From Candidatus Velthaea sp. (GTDB lineage Bacteria; Vulcanimicrobiota; Vulcanimicrobiia; Vulcanimicrobiales; Vulcanimicrobiaceae): DNA of 64,000 nt. Where the stretch lies: NCBI GenBank assembly GCA_965214935.1, contig CBDCCS010000014.1:55231-119230 (forward strand). The letters run 5' to 3'. The notes below the pieces were generated by a model. That model searched no databases. It saw only the letters and a program-made list of their open reading frames with translations, and had not been told where the DNA came from. Of this stretch, positions 47,765-57,303 are shown piece by piece (the first letter of the stretch is position 1; every line of letters begins with the position of its first letter). Both the position numbers and the translations under genes were made by a program.

Positions 47765-49563
47765 GCCGCGGCGCGCTGCGCGGCGCGCTGCTCGGGTGCA
47801 TCACGGGCTGCTGGGCGGCCCCCGGCGGGGCGGCGGCGGACCCGCCGCCGCCCTACCATGCGATTTCACCGACGCTCGCCGACCGGACGATCCTGCTCAC
47901 CGGCCGCGACCTGACGGCCGACCAGGTGGTCCAGGTGGCGCGCTACGGGGCCAGGGTGGCGCTCTCGCCGGAGGCCCGTCAGCGTTCGGCCGATTCCTAC
48001 GGTCTGCTGCTCGAGGCGGCCGCCGAGGGCATCCCTGTGTACTGGTTCAATCGTGCCGCCGGTTCGGGGCGGGAGCGCTCGATCTTCAGCGGTGACCCGC
48101 TGTCGCCGGAGAACAAGACATTGCTCGAGGCCCGCCAGCTCGCCATCTTCCGGCGCGGCGCACTGGCCGGCCTCGGACCGGAGATCGGCGAGGAGGAGAC
48201 CGTCCGGGCGATGCTGGTGGTGCGGGCCAACACCATGAGTTTCGAGGCGGCGAGTCCTGCGCTCACGCAGCGCCTGCTCGACCTGCTGAACGATCGAATC
48301 ACGCCGGTGGTGCAGTCGCGCAGCACCGTGGGCGAAGGCGACTTAGGCCCCTTCACCAACGTCGGTGCGACCATGGTGGGCGCGGGCACGGCCTACTATC
48401 AGGGCGTCCGCATGCCGGCCCGGGACGCGCTGCAGCAGGCCGGACTCGCCCCGCTGGCACCCTTCGCCGCGGACGACAGCGAACTGGAGAGCAGCAACGC
48501 GTACGCTGCCGGACAGGCGGCGCTGCTGCTGCACGACGCCCGTGAGGCGCTGTCCTGGGCCGACATCGTCTACGCCATCGATTTGAACGGCATGAACAGC
48601 AGCGTCTCGCCGCTGGCCCAGGTCGTGCAGGCGAACCGGCCCTTCAAGTGGCTCAACTGGGATGCGGCCCGGGTGCTCGAGATGCTGCGCGGCAGCTATC
48701 TGTTCGAACTCGACGACCGGCGCATCATCCAGGATCCGGAGAGTCTGCGCGCCTCGTCGATCCGCCAGGGGTCGGCCTGGGCGGCGTGGGCTCAACTGCG
48801 CGACGACCTGCTGGTGCAGATGAATTCCTCGGACCATAACCCGGCGATCCGCGTCGGGGCCTCTCCCGCAGATTCCTGGGAGCTGGCGACGCCGCAGCTG
48901 GCCCAGTTCTACGTCAAGGGCGGCCCGCACAGTCACGGACAGCACGGCTTCATCCTCTCGAATGCGAACTGGGATCCGTATCCGCTGGCGAACGACCTCG
49001 AGGCCTTCACCATCGCGCTCGCAAACCTCGACGCGGCGGTCACCCAGCGCATGTTGCGCTTCACCAATACGTTCTTCACCGTGATCGCGCCCCCCGATGC
49101 CGCGCCGGGGGAGCCGGGGCGCTTCGGCGTCACCCAGGGCAGCGAGGTCATCGCGGGAGCGCTGATGCAGGAAATCCAAGGCCTCATCAATCCGGTGCCG
49201 CCCGAAGGCAATGCGTTGGTCAGGAATGTCGAGGACCTGCAGGCCCAGACCCGCCTGAAGGTGACTCGCGCGCGACAGGCGGTGGCCGATACGGTCGATC
49301 TGTTGGCGGAGGACCTGTTGAGCGGCACGAGCTGGCTCGATCTGCGCATCGAGCAAGCGCCCGCCCGCGGCTTCGGCGTGGTGCCGACGGCGGTGTGGAC
49401 GGCGTTCCGGCGGGCGCTGCCGCGCAAGGATGACGGTGCAACGGCGCGCGACCGGCCGATCCACGAGGTGGCGGCGAACTTCATCCGCGAGCATCCCGCC
49501 GCCGGTTTCGTCGCCAACGATGAGCGCGAGCCCGACGGCAACGCCCGCCGTCACCTCAATTGA
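47761..49563 (+). CDS. Aromatic amino acid lyase (HAL/PAL fold) family protein lacking the MIO tripeptide, with signal peptide
   Basis: LTGRDLT..QV, VYWFN, STVGEGDLGP, QDPESLR, NSSDHNP, VED; TTG overlaps the receptor stop (TTGA). Confidence 0.85.
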   Translation: MSRGALRGALLGCITGCWAAPGGAAADPPPPYHAISPTLADRTILLTGRDLTADQVVQVARYGARVALSPEARQRSADSYGLLLEAAAEGIPVYWFNRAAGSGRERSIFSGDPLSPENKTLLEARQLAIFRRGALAGLGPEIGEEETVRAMLVVRANTMSFEAASPALTQRLLDLLNDRITPVVQSRSTVGEGDLGPFTNVGATMVGAGTAYYQGVRMPARDALQQAGLAPLAPFAADDSELESSNAYAAGQAALLLHDAREALSWADIVYAIDLNGMNSSVSPLAQVVQANRPFKWLNWDAARVLEMLRGSYLFELDDRRIIQDPESLRASSIRQGSAWAAWAQLRDDLLVQMNSSDHNPAIRVGASPADSWELATPQLAQFYVKGGPHSHGQHGFILSNANWDPYPLANDLEAFTIALANLDAAVTQRMLRFTNTFFTVIAPPDAAPGEPGRFGVTQGSEVIAGALMQEIQGLINPVPPEGNALVRNVEDLQAQTRLKVTRARQAVADTVDLLAEDLLSGTSWLDLRIEQAPARGFGVVPTAVWTAFRRALPRKDDGATARDRPIHEVAANFIREHPAAGFVANDEREPDGNARRHLN

Positions 49564-49594
49564 CGCGGCCGCCGCCCCGGGGCATCGTGTCCCG

Positions 49595-50440
49595 ATGATC
49601 GCCAACACCCGCATGTACGACGTCAGTGCAGACGTCGGCGTACTGTGGCGACGGCTGCTGTCATCGCTCATCGCCAGCGCCGGTGTGCGCGTCGAGTGGC
49701 TCGAGCATGCCGCGCCCGCGCCCCTGGGGGCCCTGTGGGATCGGCCCGACATGGCGGCTGTGTTCATGTGCGGCCTGCCGTTCTCGCGGGCCCAACCGCA
49801 ACCCTGGCTGCTGGCCGCACCCGTTCCGGCGCCGCCGGCCTATGGCGGCGAGCCGTGCTACTGGAGCGAATTCGTGGTTCGTCGCGACAGTCCCTTCGGC
49901 GCGGTCGCCGACACGTTCGGCCGGCGCATCGCGTTCACCGTGCCGGACTCGCAATCAGGCTGCATCGCGGCGCTCGCGCATCTGCAGCTCCTCAATGCAC
50001 GGCGCGACGGTCGCAGCGCCTTGTTTGCCGAGGTCGTGGCACCGACCATCACTCCTTTGGGCGCGCTCGAAGCGGTCGTCCGGGACATTGCCGACATCGC
50101 CCCGATCGACTCGTATGCCTTCAGCCTGCTCGGCATGCACCGCCCTGACCTGATCGCCCGGGTGCGGGTGGTCGGGAGCACGACGCCAACGCCGATTCCG
50201 CCGCTGGTCGCCTCGCGATCCGGGGCCGACGGGAGCGTTTGCGCCGCGTTGTCGTCGGCGCTGATCGCGGCCCACACCGACGACGCCCTGAAGCCCGTGC
50301 TGGAGGGGCTGTTGCTGCAGCGCTTCGTGCAACCGGATCCGGCCGGCTACGATCTCCTCAAGCAGCGTTTCGTCGCGACCACCGCGTACTGGCGCATGCA
50401 CCCCCTAGCCGCGGCGACTCACGCCGCGTTCTCGTGGTGA
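49595..50440 (+). CDS. PhnD/SsuA-type substrate-binding-fold protein, no signal peptide
   Basis: MYD, FMCGLP, YWSEFVVR.DS, DSQSG, ADIAPIDS, PIPPLV. Confidence 0.8.
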   Translation: MIANTRMYDVSADVGVLWRRLLSSLIASAGVRVEWLEHAAPAPLGALWDRPDMAAVFMCGLPFSRAQPQPWLLAAPVPAPPAYGGEPCYWSEFVVRRDSPFGAVADTFGRRIAFTVPDSQSGCIAALAHLQLLNARRDGRSALFAEVVAPTITPLGALEAVVRDIADIAPIDSYAFSLLGMHRPDLIARVRVVGSTTPTPIPPLVASRSGADGSVCAALSSALIAAHTDDALKPVLEGLLLQRFVQPDPAGYDLLKQRFVATTAYWRMHPLAAATHAAFSW

Positions 50441-50468
50441 CACCCACCGCGATCGTTTAAAATGCCGC

Positions 50469-51371
50469 ATGGCTTCGCTCAAGCACGCCTTCCGACGCGT
50501 CGACGGCCCCACCTGGGTGGTGGCGCTGGTGCTGTATGCCGCATGGTTCCTGCTGATCTGGTTCAACGCGGTTCTTCCCTGGTGGATCATCACGCCGGTG
50601 GGGGCCTACCTGCTGGCCTGGCACTTTTCCCTGCAGCACGAGGCCATTCACGCGTTTCGCGGCGTGCCGGCATGGCTCCGCTTCGCGGTGGTGTTCCCGC
50701 CGCTCGGACTCTGGTTCCCCTTTCCACTGTACCGTAAGAGCCACACCACCCATCATCGGGACGTGCATCTGACCGTGCCCGGAGTCGATACCGAGTCCTA
50801 CTATGTCAAACAGGCGGACTGGGAGCGGACCGGGCCGCTGAAGCGCGCGCTGCTCACCTTCAATCAGACCATGGCCGGCCGCCTGCTGATCGGACCGGCG
50901 CTGCGGCTATGGCTTCTCGCCACCCGAGAGACCCGCCGCGTGGCCGGCGGCGATCTGTCCCATCTGCCGCACTGGGGCATCCATGCGGTTGCGGTGGCGC
51001 TGCTGTTCTGGTTCATCTCCGGCGTCTGCAAGCTTCCCTGGTGGGAATACTGCCTGTGGGTCGCCTACCCGGGTTTGAGCCTCAGCCTGTTGCGTGCGTT
51101 CACCGAACACCGCGCCGCCGAGGACTCACAGGAACGCACCGCCTCGGTGGAATCGAATGTGCTGTTCAGCGTGCTTTACCTGTACAACAACCTGCATGTC
51201 GCGCATCACCTGAAGCCCGCCATGGCGTGGTACGAGATTCCCGCCTATTATCGTGCCAACCGGGCGCAGCTGCTCGACAGCAACGCGCACTTCGTCTACC
51301 GCGGCTACGGCCAGCTCGCGCGGCAGTTCCTCTTCGTTCCGGTCTTCAGTCCCGTACACCCGCTGTTGTGA
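50469..51371 (+). CDS. Fatty acid desaturase-like membrane di-iron protein
   Basis: His boxes QHEAIH, HTTHH, NNLHVAHH; TM segments. Confidence 0.9.
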   Translation: MASLKHAFRRVDGPTWVVALVLYAAWFLLIWFNAVLPWWIITPVGAYLLAWHFSLQHEAIHAFRGVPAWLRFAVVFPPLGLWFPFPLYRKSHTTHHRDVHLTVPGVDTESYYVKQADWERTGPLKRALLTFNQTMAGRLLIGPALRLWLLATRETRRVAGGDLSHLPHWGIHAVAVALLFWFISGVCKLPWWEYCLWVAYPGLSLSLLRAFTEHRAAEDSQERTASVESNVLFSVLYLYNNLHVAHHLKPAMAWYEIPAYYRANRAQLLDSNAHFVYRGYGQLARQFLFVPVFSPVHPLL

Positions 51372-51393
51372 TGCGGCGTCCACCAAGGTTCCC

Positions 51394-52227
51394 ATGACAT
51401 TCTCCGCGACCCGCCTGACTCCCACCATCGGCGCCGTGGTCGACGGCATCCGTCTCGGCGACAGGCTGAGCGACGCCGAACAGGCTGCGATCGACCGGGC
51501 GCTGGTCGAGCATCAGGTGCTGTTCTTCCGCGATCAGTCGCTGACGCCCGCCCAGCATCGCGATTTCGCGGCGCGTTTCGGCAAGCTGCACATCCATCCC
51601 ATTTATCCGAGCCACGCGGAGGCACCTGAGGTGATCGTGCTCGACAGCGACCTCGTGGATCTGCAGGACAACGCCATCTGGCACACCGATGTGACCTTCA
51701 CGCAGACGCCGCCCATGGGCAGCGTTCTCATTGCCCGCGTGCTGCCGCAGACCGGCGGCGATACGCTGTGGTCGAGCAACATCGCGGCCTACGATGCGCT
51801 CTCGCTGCCCATGCAGAGCTTTCTGCTGGGATTGACGGCGACCCACAACATTCTGCAGTCGTTTCCGGCGGAGCGCTTCGGGCAGTCGGCGGAGGGCCAG
51901 GCACGGCTGGCGCGCGCCAAACGAGACAACCCGCCGGTGTCGCATCCGGTGATCCGCACCCATCCGGTCTCCGGCAGGAAGGCATTGTTCGTGCAGGAGG
52001 GATTCACCACCCATATCAACGAGCTGACGACTCCCGAGAGCCGTGCGCTCCTGACGTTTCTCAATGCCCATTCGATCAGGCCGGAATTCACCGTCCGCTG
52101 GCATTGGCGCGTCGGCGACGTCGCGTTCTGGGACAACCGGGTCACCCAGCACTACGCGACGGACGATTATCGGCCGGCGCGGCGCGTAATGAACCGGGCG
52201 ACCATCATCGGCGATCGACCGGTCTGA
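51394..52227 (+). CDS. tauD: Taurine dioxygenase (TauD family)
   Basis: HQVLFFRDQ, LHIHPIYP, WHTDVTF, GGDTLW, HPVIRTHP, WDNRVTQHYA. Confidence 0.88.
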   Translation: MTFSATRLTPTIGAVVDGIRLGDRLSDAEQAAIDRALVEHQVLFFRDQSLTPAQHRDFAARFGKLHIHPIYPSHAEAPEVIVLDSDLVDLQDNAIWHTDVTFTQTPPMGSVLIARVLPQTGGDTLWSSNIAAYDALSLPMQSFLLGLTATHNILQSFPAERFGQSAEGQARLARAKRDNPPVSHPVIRTHPVSGRKALFVQEGFTTHINELTTPESRALLTFLNAHSIRPEFTVRWHWRVGDVAFWDNRVTQHYATDDYRPARRVMNRATIIGDRPV

Positions 52228-52249
52228 CGGCCCGCGGCGTCCGGTGCGC

Positions 52250-52798
52250 CTACAGGTCGGCGACGGTCTCGCGAATACACTCCAGCAGATGCTGTTCGTA
52301 CACGCGCTCGACCAGCAGCAGCACCTGCGCCGCTTCGACGCAGGCGGTCAGGACCGTCAATTCGGCCATCCGTCCGACCCGCGATGCGCCGCTGTCGGGA
52401 ATGAGGGCCGGAGAGCCCGCGCGCAACAGCACGTCCGCGACGCGCACGCCGCACAAGGTCCAGGGGCGGATGCCACCCGTTTGATCGACGACGCAGAGAT
52501 CCTCCCGCGCCTGCGCGAAGGCATCGACGGCGGCGAGCCGGACAGTGCCGGTCAGGAGCAGGGTCTCGGTCGGACTGCGCCAGCACAGCACGGTGCCCGG
52601 CGAACCACCGGTCTCCTGCACCGCGCCGCCGACCCCGCGGCGGACGGCCTGCAAGGCTCCCGGCAATGCGCCGCCGAGAACCGTGGACAGTCCGTCGACG
52701 AATTCGCCGGCCGCCGTGAAATAGCGCAGCGAGGCAGTGCACTGCCACGGCCCGCGGCGCATCTCGAAACCGTCCGTCCGCACTTCGCAGTCAGCCAT
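52250..52798 (-). CDS. soxG: Sarcosine oxidase gamma subunit-like
   Basis: Position after soxA; W.SP.E.LL, VVDQTGG; divergent sequence. Confidence 0.7.
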   Translation of the reverse strand: MADCEVRTDGFEMRRGPWQCTASLRYFTAAGEFVDGLSTVLGGALPGALQAVRRGVGGAVQETGGSPGTVLCWRSPTETLLLTGTVRLAAVDAFAQAREDLCVVDQTGGIRPWTLCGVRVADVLLRAGSPALIPDSGASRVGRMAELTVLTACVEAAQVLLLVERVYEQHLLECIRETVADL

Positions 52799-55757
52799 CG
52801 AGCCGCGCTCCCGCCGGGTCGATGAACGGCGCCTTGACCACCACCGCCTCGATCGTCGTCCCAAGATGATGCACCCGGATCCGGTCGCCCAGCCGCCGGC
52901 TGCCGCGCGCGAGCATGCCGAGTGCCACGGGCGATCCCAGCGTCGGGCTGTGATAGCTCGACGTGACGTGGCCTTCGGTCAGGGTCGGCGGTTGAGCAGC
53001 GGCGATCTGCGCTCCCACCGGCAACAGCGTGCGCCCGTCGACCGGCGCGAGTGCGACCAGTTGCCGGCGCTCCGGATCCAGCGCCGCCGGCTGCAGCAAG
53101 GAGCGGCGGCCCACGAAATTGGCGGACTTGCGGTCGACCGCCCGGGCTAATCCAACATCGCCCGGCAGTGTCGTGCCGTCCGTGTCGGTGCCGATGTGGA
53201 TGAAGCCCTTCTCGGTGCGCAGGATCTCGAGCGCCTCGATGCCGTACGGCACGGCCTCGAACTCCGCCGCCCGTGTCCACAGCCGCGTCAGCAGCGTCTC
53301 CGCCGCGTCCGCCGGCAGGTTCACCTCGTAGCCGAGTTCACCGCTGAAGCTGGCGCGCAGCACACGCAGCGGCACGCCCTGCCACGCCGCGCTGCGCAGC
53401 GTCATGTGCCGCATGACGGGCGGCGCCAGCGACGCCTCGAAGCCGCACGCGGCGAGCAGCTCCCAGGCCCGCGGTCCCGCCACGGTGACGTTGGCCCAGC
53501 GTGAGGTCACGGAGGTCACCGTCACCCGCATGTGCGGGTATTCGCACTGCAGCCATTCCTCGAACGCCGCCGCGGTCCGCTCGACGCCGGCGCTCGTGGT
53601 GTTGACCCAGTAGTGCTGCGCACCGAGACGCGCCACGATGCCATCGTCCATGACGATGCCGTTCTCGCTCAGCAGCACGCCATACCGCGCCTGGCCCGGT
53701 CCCAAGGTCGACATCGTGCCCACGTACATCAGATCGAGGAACGCGGCGGCATCGGGGCCGAAGACCTCGAGCTTGCCGAGCGGCGAGCCGTCCAGTATTC
53801 CGACGCTGCGGCGCACCGCCGCCGCCTCACGCTGCGCGGCCGCGGCCAGGGTTTCGCCCGCCCGCGGATAGGCGGCGGGCCTGACCCAGTTGCCGAATTG
53901 CTCGAACGCGGCACCCTGCCCGCGATGCCAGGCCTCGGCCGGCAGCCGCTTCAGCGGACGATACAGGGAGCCCACGCGGCGCCCGACCAGCAGGCCGAGC
54001 GTCACCGGCGCGAACGGCGGCCGGAACTTCGTCGTGCCCACCGCGCCGGGTTCGCGGCCGGTGAATTCCCCCATCAGCACCAGCGCGTTGACGTTGCTGG
54101 TCTTGCCCTGGTCGGTGCCCATGCCGGTGGTGGTATAGCGTTTCAGGTGTTCCACCGAGCGGTAGTTCTCGCGCGCCGCCAGACCCACGTCGCCGATGGC
54201 CACATCGTTCTGCAGATCGACGAAGTGCTTGCCCGCGATCCCAGGCACATGGGTGGCGGCCAGCGCGACGCCCGCGCCGCACGGAACGGCCGCGGGCGGC
54301 GTCAGCCCCTGAGCAACCGCGCGACCCACCGCCGTCGCATGCGCGGTTGCGGCCGCACGGTCGAAGATGCCGGCACAGGCACCGACACTGTATAAACCGG
54401 GCGCCGGACCATCGGGCACGAACATGGCGCAGTGCTCCAGCCAGCGCAGCCGGCCACCGGCCTGCGAGTGCAGATGCACGGTGGGCGCATGGCCGCCGGC
54501 GCTCAGGATCACGTCGCACTCCAAGATTTCCCGCCGCCGGCCGCCCTCCACCGACAGCACGCTGCAATCGCTCACGGCACGCGAGCCGCGCACCCGGCAG
54601 ATCGCCGAGCCCGCGAACAGCCGAAGTTCGCCCCGGCCTGCGGCGCCAGCTGCGCCGCTCGCGCCCTGCCCGATGTCGGCCGCGGCGCGCCGGTCGACGA
54701 GTGCGACGACGTTCACGCCCGCCGCGCGCAGCGAACCGGCAACTTGGTAGCCCGAATCGCTGTTGCAGGCGATCACGACTCGCTCGCCGCAGGCCACGCC
54801 GAAGGCGTGGGCGTACTTGTCGGCGGCACCGGCCAGCATGACGCCCGGACGATCGTTGTCGGGAAACAGCAGGGGTCGTTCGAAGGCACCGGCCGCCGCA
54901 ATGATGTGCCGCGCACGGATTTTCCACAGACGCTCACGCAGCACCCCACCGCCGACCCCGGCTGGCGCGGCCGCCGTGGCCGCGGACACCCCCGCCGACG
55001 AGTGCTGCCGGACGGTCTCCCGGGCGCATACCAGCCCATGATCATAGACGCCGAACGCCAGGGTGCGCGTCAGCACCCGCACGCCGGCCGCGACGGCCGC
55101 CGCCGCGAGTTCGGCGACTTCGGGATCGCCCCGCCAGCCCAGCGCCCCGCCCGGCGCGCCGCTGCTCGAGAGCAGCAGCGTCGTCGCCCCGCTGCGTGCC
55201 GCCGCGACCGCGGCACTCAGACCGCTGATGCCGCCGCCGATCACCAGCACATCGGCGGTCGCCGCAATCTCGTCATAGCGATCGGGATCCGCCGCGCCCG
55301 ACGCTCGTCCCAGCCCCGCCATGCGGCGGATGGCGGGCTCGAACAGGTGCCAGTTCGGCCATTTGAAGGTCTTGTAATAGAAGCCGGCGGGCAGCAGCGC
55401 CGCGAGCCGGTCGTTGACGGCACCGAGGTCGAAGTCCACGCTCGGCCAGCAGTTGATGCTGGCCGCGCGCAGTCCCTCGGCAAGCTCGACCAGCGTGGCC
55501 CGTTGGTTCGGGGAGCGGCGCGCGCCCTCGCCCACGTCGACCAGTCCGGAGGGTTCCTCGACCCCGCAGGAGAAGATGCCGCGCGCGCGGTGCAGCTTGA
55601 AGCTGCGACCCACCACCCGTACGCCGTTCGCCAGCAGCGCGGAGGCCAGCGTATCGCCCGTGAATCCTTTGAGGGACCTGCCGTTGAACTCGAACGTCAG
55701 GGTGCGGGTCCGGTCGATCAGTGAGCCGCGCGGCGCGGCCAGCCGCGATGCCGTCAT
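52791..55757 (-). CDS. soxA: Sarcosine oxidase alpha subunit
   Basis: GDTLASALLANG, RSFKLHR.RG, AGFYYKTF, EHLKRYTTTGMGTDQGK, C-terminal GcvT-like domain. Confidence 0.93.
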   Translation of the reverse strand: MTASRLAAPRGSLIDRTRTLTFEFNGRSLKGFTGDTLASALLANGVRVVGRSFKLHRARGIFSCGVEEPSGLVDVGEGARRSPNQRATLVELAEGLRAASINCWPSVDFDLGAVNDRLAALLPAGFYYKTFKWPNWHLFEPAIRRMAGLGRASGAADPDRYDEIAATADVLVIGGGISGLSAAVAAARSGATTLLLSSSGAPGGALGWRGDPEVAELAAAAVAAGVRVLTRTLAFGVYDHGLVCARETVRQHSSAGVSAATAAAPAGVGGGVLRERLWKIRARHIIAAAGAFERPLLFPDNDRPGVMLAGAADKYAHAFGVACGERVVIACNSDSGYQVAGSLRAAGVNVVALVDRRAAADIGQGASGAAGAAGRGELRLFAGSAICRVRGSRAVSDCSVLSVEGGRRREILECDVILSAGGHAPTVHLHSQAGGRLRWLEHCAMFVPDGPAPGLYSVGACAGIFDRAAATAHATAVGRAVAQGLTPPAAVPCGAGVALAATHVPGIAGKHFVDLQNDVAIGDVGLAARENYRSVEHLKRYTTTGMGTDQGKTSNVNALVLMGEFTGREPGAVGTTKFRPPFAPVTLGLLVGRRVGSLYRPLKRLPAEAWHRGQGAAFEQFGNWVRPAAYPRAGETLAAAAQREAAAVRRSVGILDGSPLGKLEVFGPDAAAFLDLMYVGTMSTLGPGQARYGVLLSENGIVMDDGIVARLGAQHYWVNTTSAGVERTAAAFEEWLQCEYPHMRVTVTSVTSRWANVTVAGPRAWELLAACGFEASLAPPVMRHMTLRSAAWQGVPLRVLRASFSGELGYEVNLPADAAETLLTRLWTRAAEFEAVPYGIEALEILRTEKGFIHIGTDTDGTTLPGDVGLARAVDRKSANFVGRRSLLQPAALDPERRQLVALAPVDGRTLLPVGAQIAAAQPPTLTEGHVTSSYHSPTLGSPVALGMLARGSRRLGDRIRVHHLGTTIEAVVVKAPFIDPAGARLDG

Positions 55758-56020
55758 GTGGGCGCCGGCTCGGTCATGGAGTACACCGCGGAAATCTCAT
55801 GAGTCACGGTGTCGCGCGCGACGTTGAACCATTGGCCGCAGCCGTGCACGTGGCGCCAGCGCTCGAAGTGCAGACCCTTGGGGTTTTCCCGGAAGAAAAG
55901 GTAGGCACCCCAGATTGCGTCCTCCTCGCCGGGAGCCGGCCGACGGATATGCGAGGTGCCGCCGCAGACGAACTCACTCTCGTCGCGCGGGCCACAGCAG
56001 ATACAGGGAATTTGCATCAT
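55754..56020 (-). CDS. soxD: Sarcosine oxidase delta subunit
   Basis: CICCGPRDESEF, RENPKG...ERW.H..GC..WFN..RDTVT. Confidence 0.93.
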   Translation of the reverse strand: MMQIPCICCGPRDESEFVCGGTSHIRRPAPGEEDAIWGAYLFFRENPKGLHFERWRHVHGCGQWFNVARDTVTHEISAVYSMTEPAPT

Positions 56021-56040
56021 GGGGATTGCGCCAGGCCGGG

Positions 56041-57297
56041 CTAGTGCGCGATGCCCGACGCGGCCGCTTCGTCGATCAGACGGCCGGTGAGGAAGCGCCC
56101 GAGTTGGAAGGGTTCTGCCAGTTCATGATTGCGGCCCGTGGCCAGCGCATGCGCCAGGGTCCAGCCGCCCACCGGAATCGCCTTGAAGCCGCCGGTTCCC
56201 CAGCCGCAGTTGATGAACAGACCGGGCACCGGCGTCGGACCGATGATCGGACTGGAGTCATGCACCACGTCGACGACGCCGGCCCATTGCCGCAGCAGTT
56301 GCAGCCGGCTGAAGGAGGGAAACAGCGCCAGCGTGGCGGCGAGGATGGCCTGTTTCACGGCGAAGCTGCCGCGCTGTGCGTAGCTGGGATACAGGTCGAG
56401 CATGGCGCCCAGCACCATCTCGCCCTTGTCGGACTGACTGACGTAGGCGCCGGTTCCGGGCGACAGCACCACGGTGTCGAGCAGGGGCTTGATGGGTTCG
56501 GTGACCATCGCCTGCAGCGCATAGCTGGTCACCGGAAGCCTGACGCCGGCCAGGCCGGCGAGTACCGAACTGTGCCCGGCGGCCGCGATGCCGACACGGT
56601 CCGCGCGCAGGTCACCGCGGCTGGTGTGGACACCGACCACGCGTCCGCCCTCCTCGGTGAACCCACGCACCTCGCAATTTTGAATGATGTCGACACCCAG
56701 CGCCGACGCGGCACGCGCATAGCCCCAGGCCACCGCATCGTGGCGCGCGGTGCCGGCGCGCCGCTGCGCGAATCCACCGAGGATGGGAAACCGCGCGGTC
56801 GACGACAGATCGAGCGCCGGCGCCATGTCGGCGACCTGGTCGCGGCTGAGTATCTCCGCAGCGATGCCGTTCAGGCGCATGGCATTGGCCCAGCGCGACA
56901 TCGAGTCGAGGTCGTGACGGCTGTGCGCCAGCATCACCAGGCCGCGCTGGCTCAACATGATGTTGAAGTTCAGCGCCTGCGACAGGCCCTCGTACAACTG
57001 CAGCGAGAAATCGTAGAGCCGCGCGCTTTCCGGAAACAGGTAATTGGAACGCACGATGGTGGTGTTGCGCCCGGTGTTGCCGCCGCCGATCCAGCCGCGC
57101 TCCAACACCGCGACGTTGGTGATGTGGTGATTTTTGGCCAGATAATAGGCGGTCGCCAGGCCGTGGCCACCGCCGCCGACCACGATGACGTCGTAACGCG
57201 GCCGGGGCGTCGCATCCGTCCAGGCCGGCGCCCAGTTGCCGTGCCCCGACAGGGCGCCGCGCAGCAGCGACCAGGCCGAATACTTCGTGATGGCCAA
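56041..57297 (-). CDS. soxB: Sarcosine oxidase beta subunit
   Basis: GGGGHGLATAYYLA, GGGNTGRNTTIVRSNY, GWGTGGFKA. Confidence 0.95.
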   Translation of the reverse strand: MAITKYSAWSLLRGALSGHGNWAPAWTDATPRPRYDVIVVGGGGHGLATAYYLAKNHHITNVAVLERGWIGGGNTGRNTTIVRSNYLFPESARLYDFSLQLYEGLSQALNFNIMLSQRGLVMLAHSRHDLDSMSRWANAMRLNGIAAEILSRDQVADMAPALDLSSTARFPILGGFAQRRAGTARHDAVAWGYARAASALGVDIIQNCEVRGFTEEGGRVVGVHTSRGDLRADRVGIAAAGHSSVLAGLAGVRLPVTSYALQAMVTEPIKPLLDTVVLSPGTGAYVSQSDKGEMVLGAMLDLYPSYAQRGSFAVKQAILAATLALFPSFSRLQLLRQWAGVVDVVHDSSPIIGPTPVPGLFINCGWGTGGFKAIPVGGWTLAHALATGRNHELAEPFQLGRFLTGRLIDEAAASGIAH

Positions 57298-57303
57298 CCG
57301 CTG

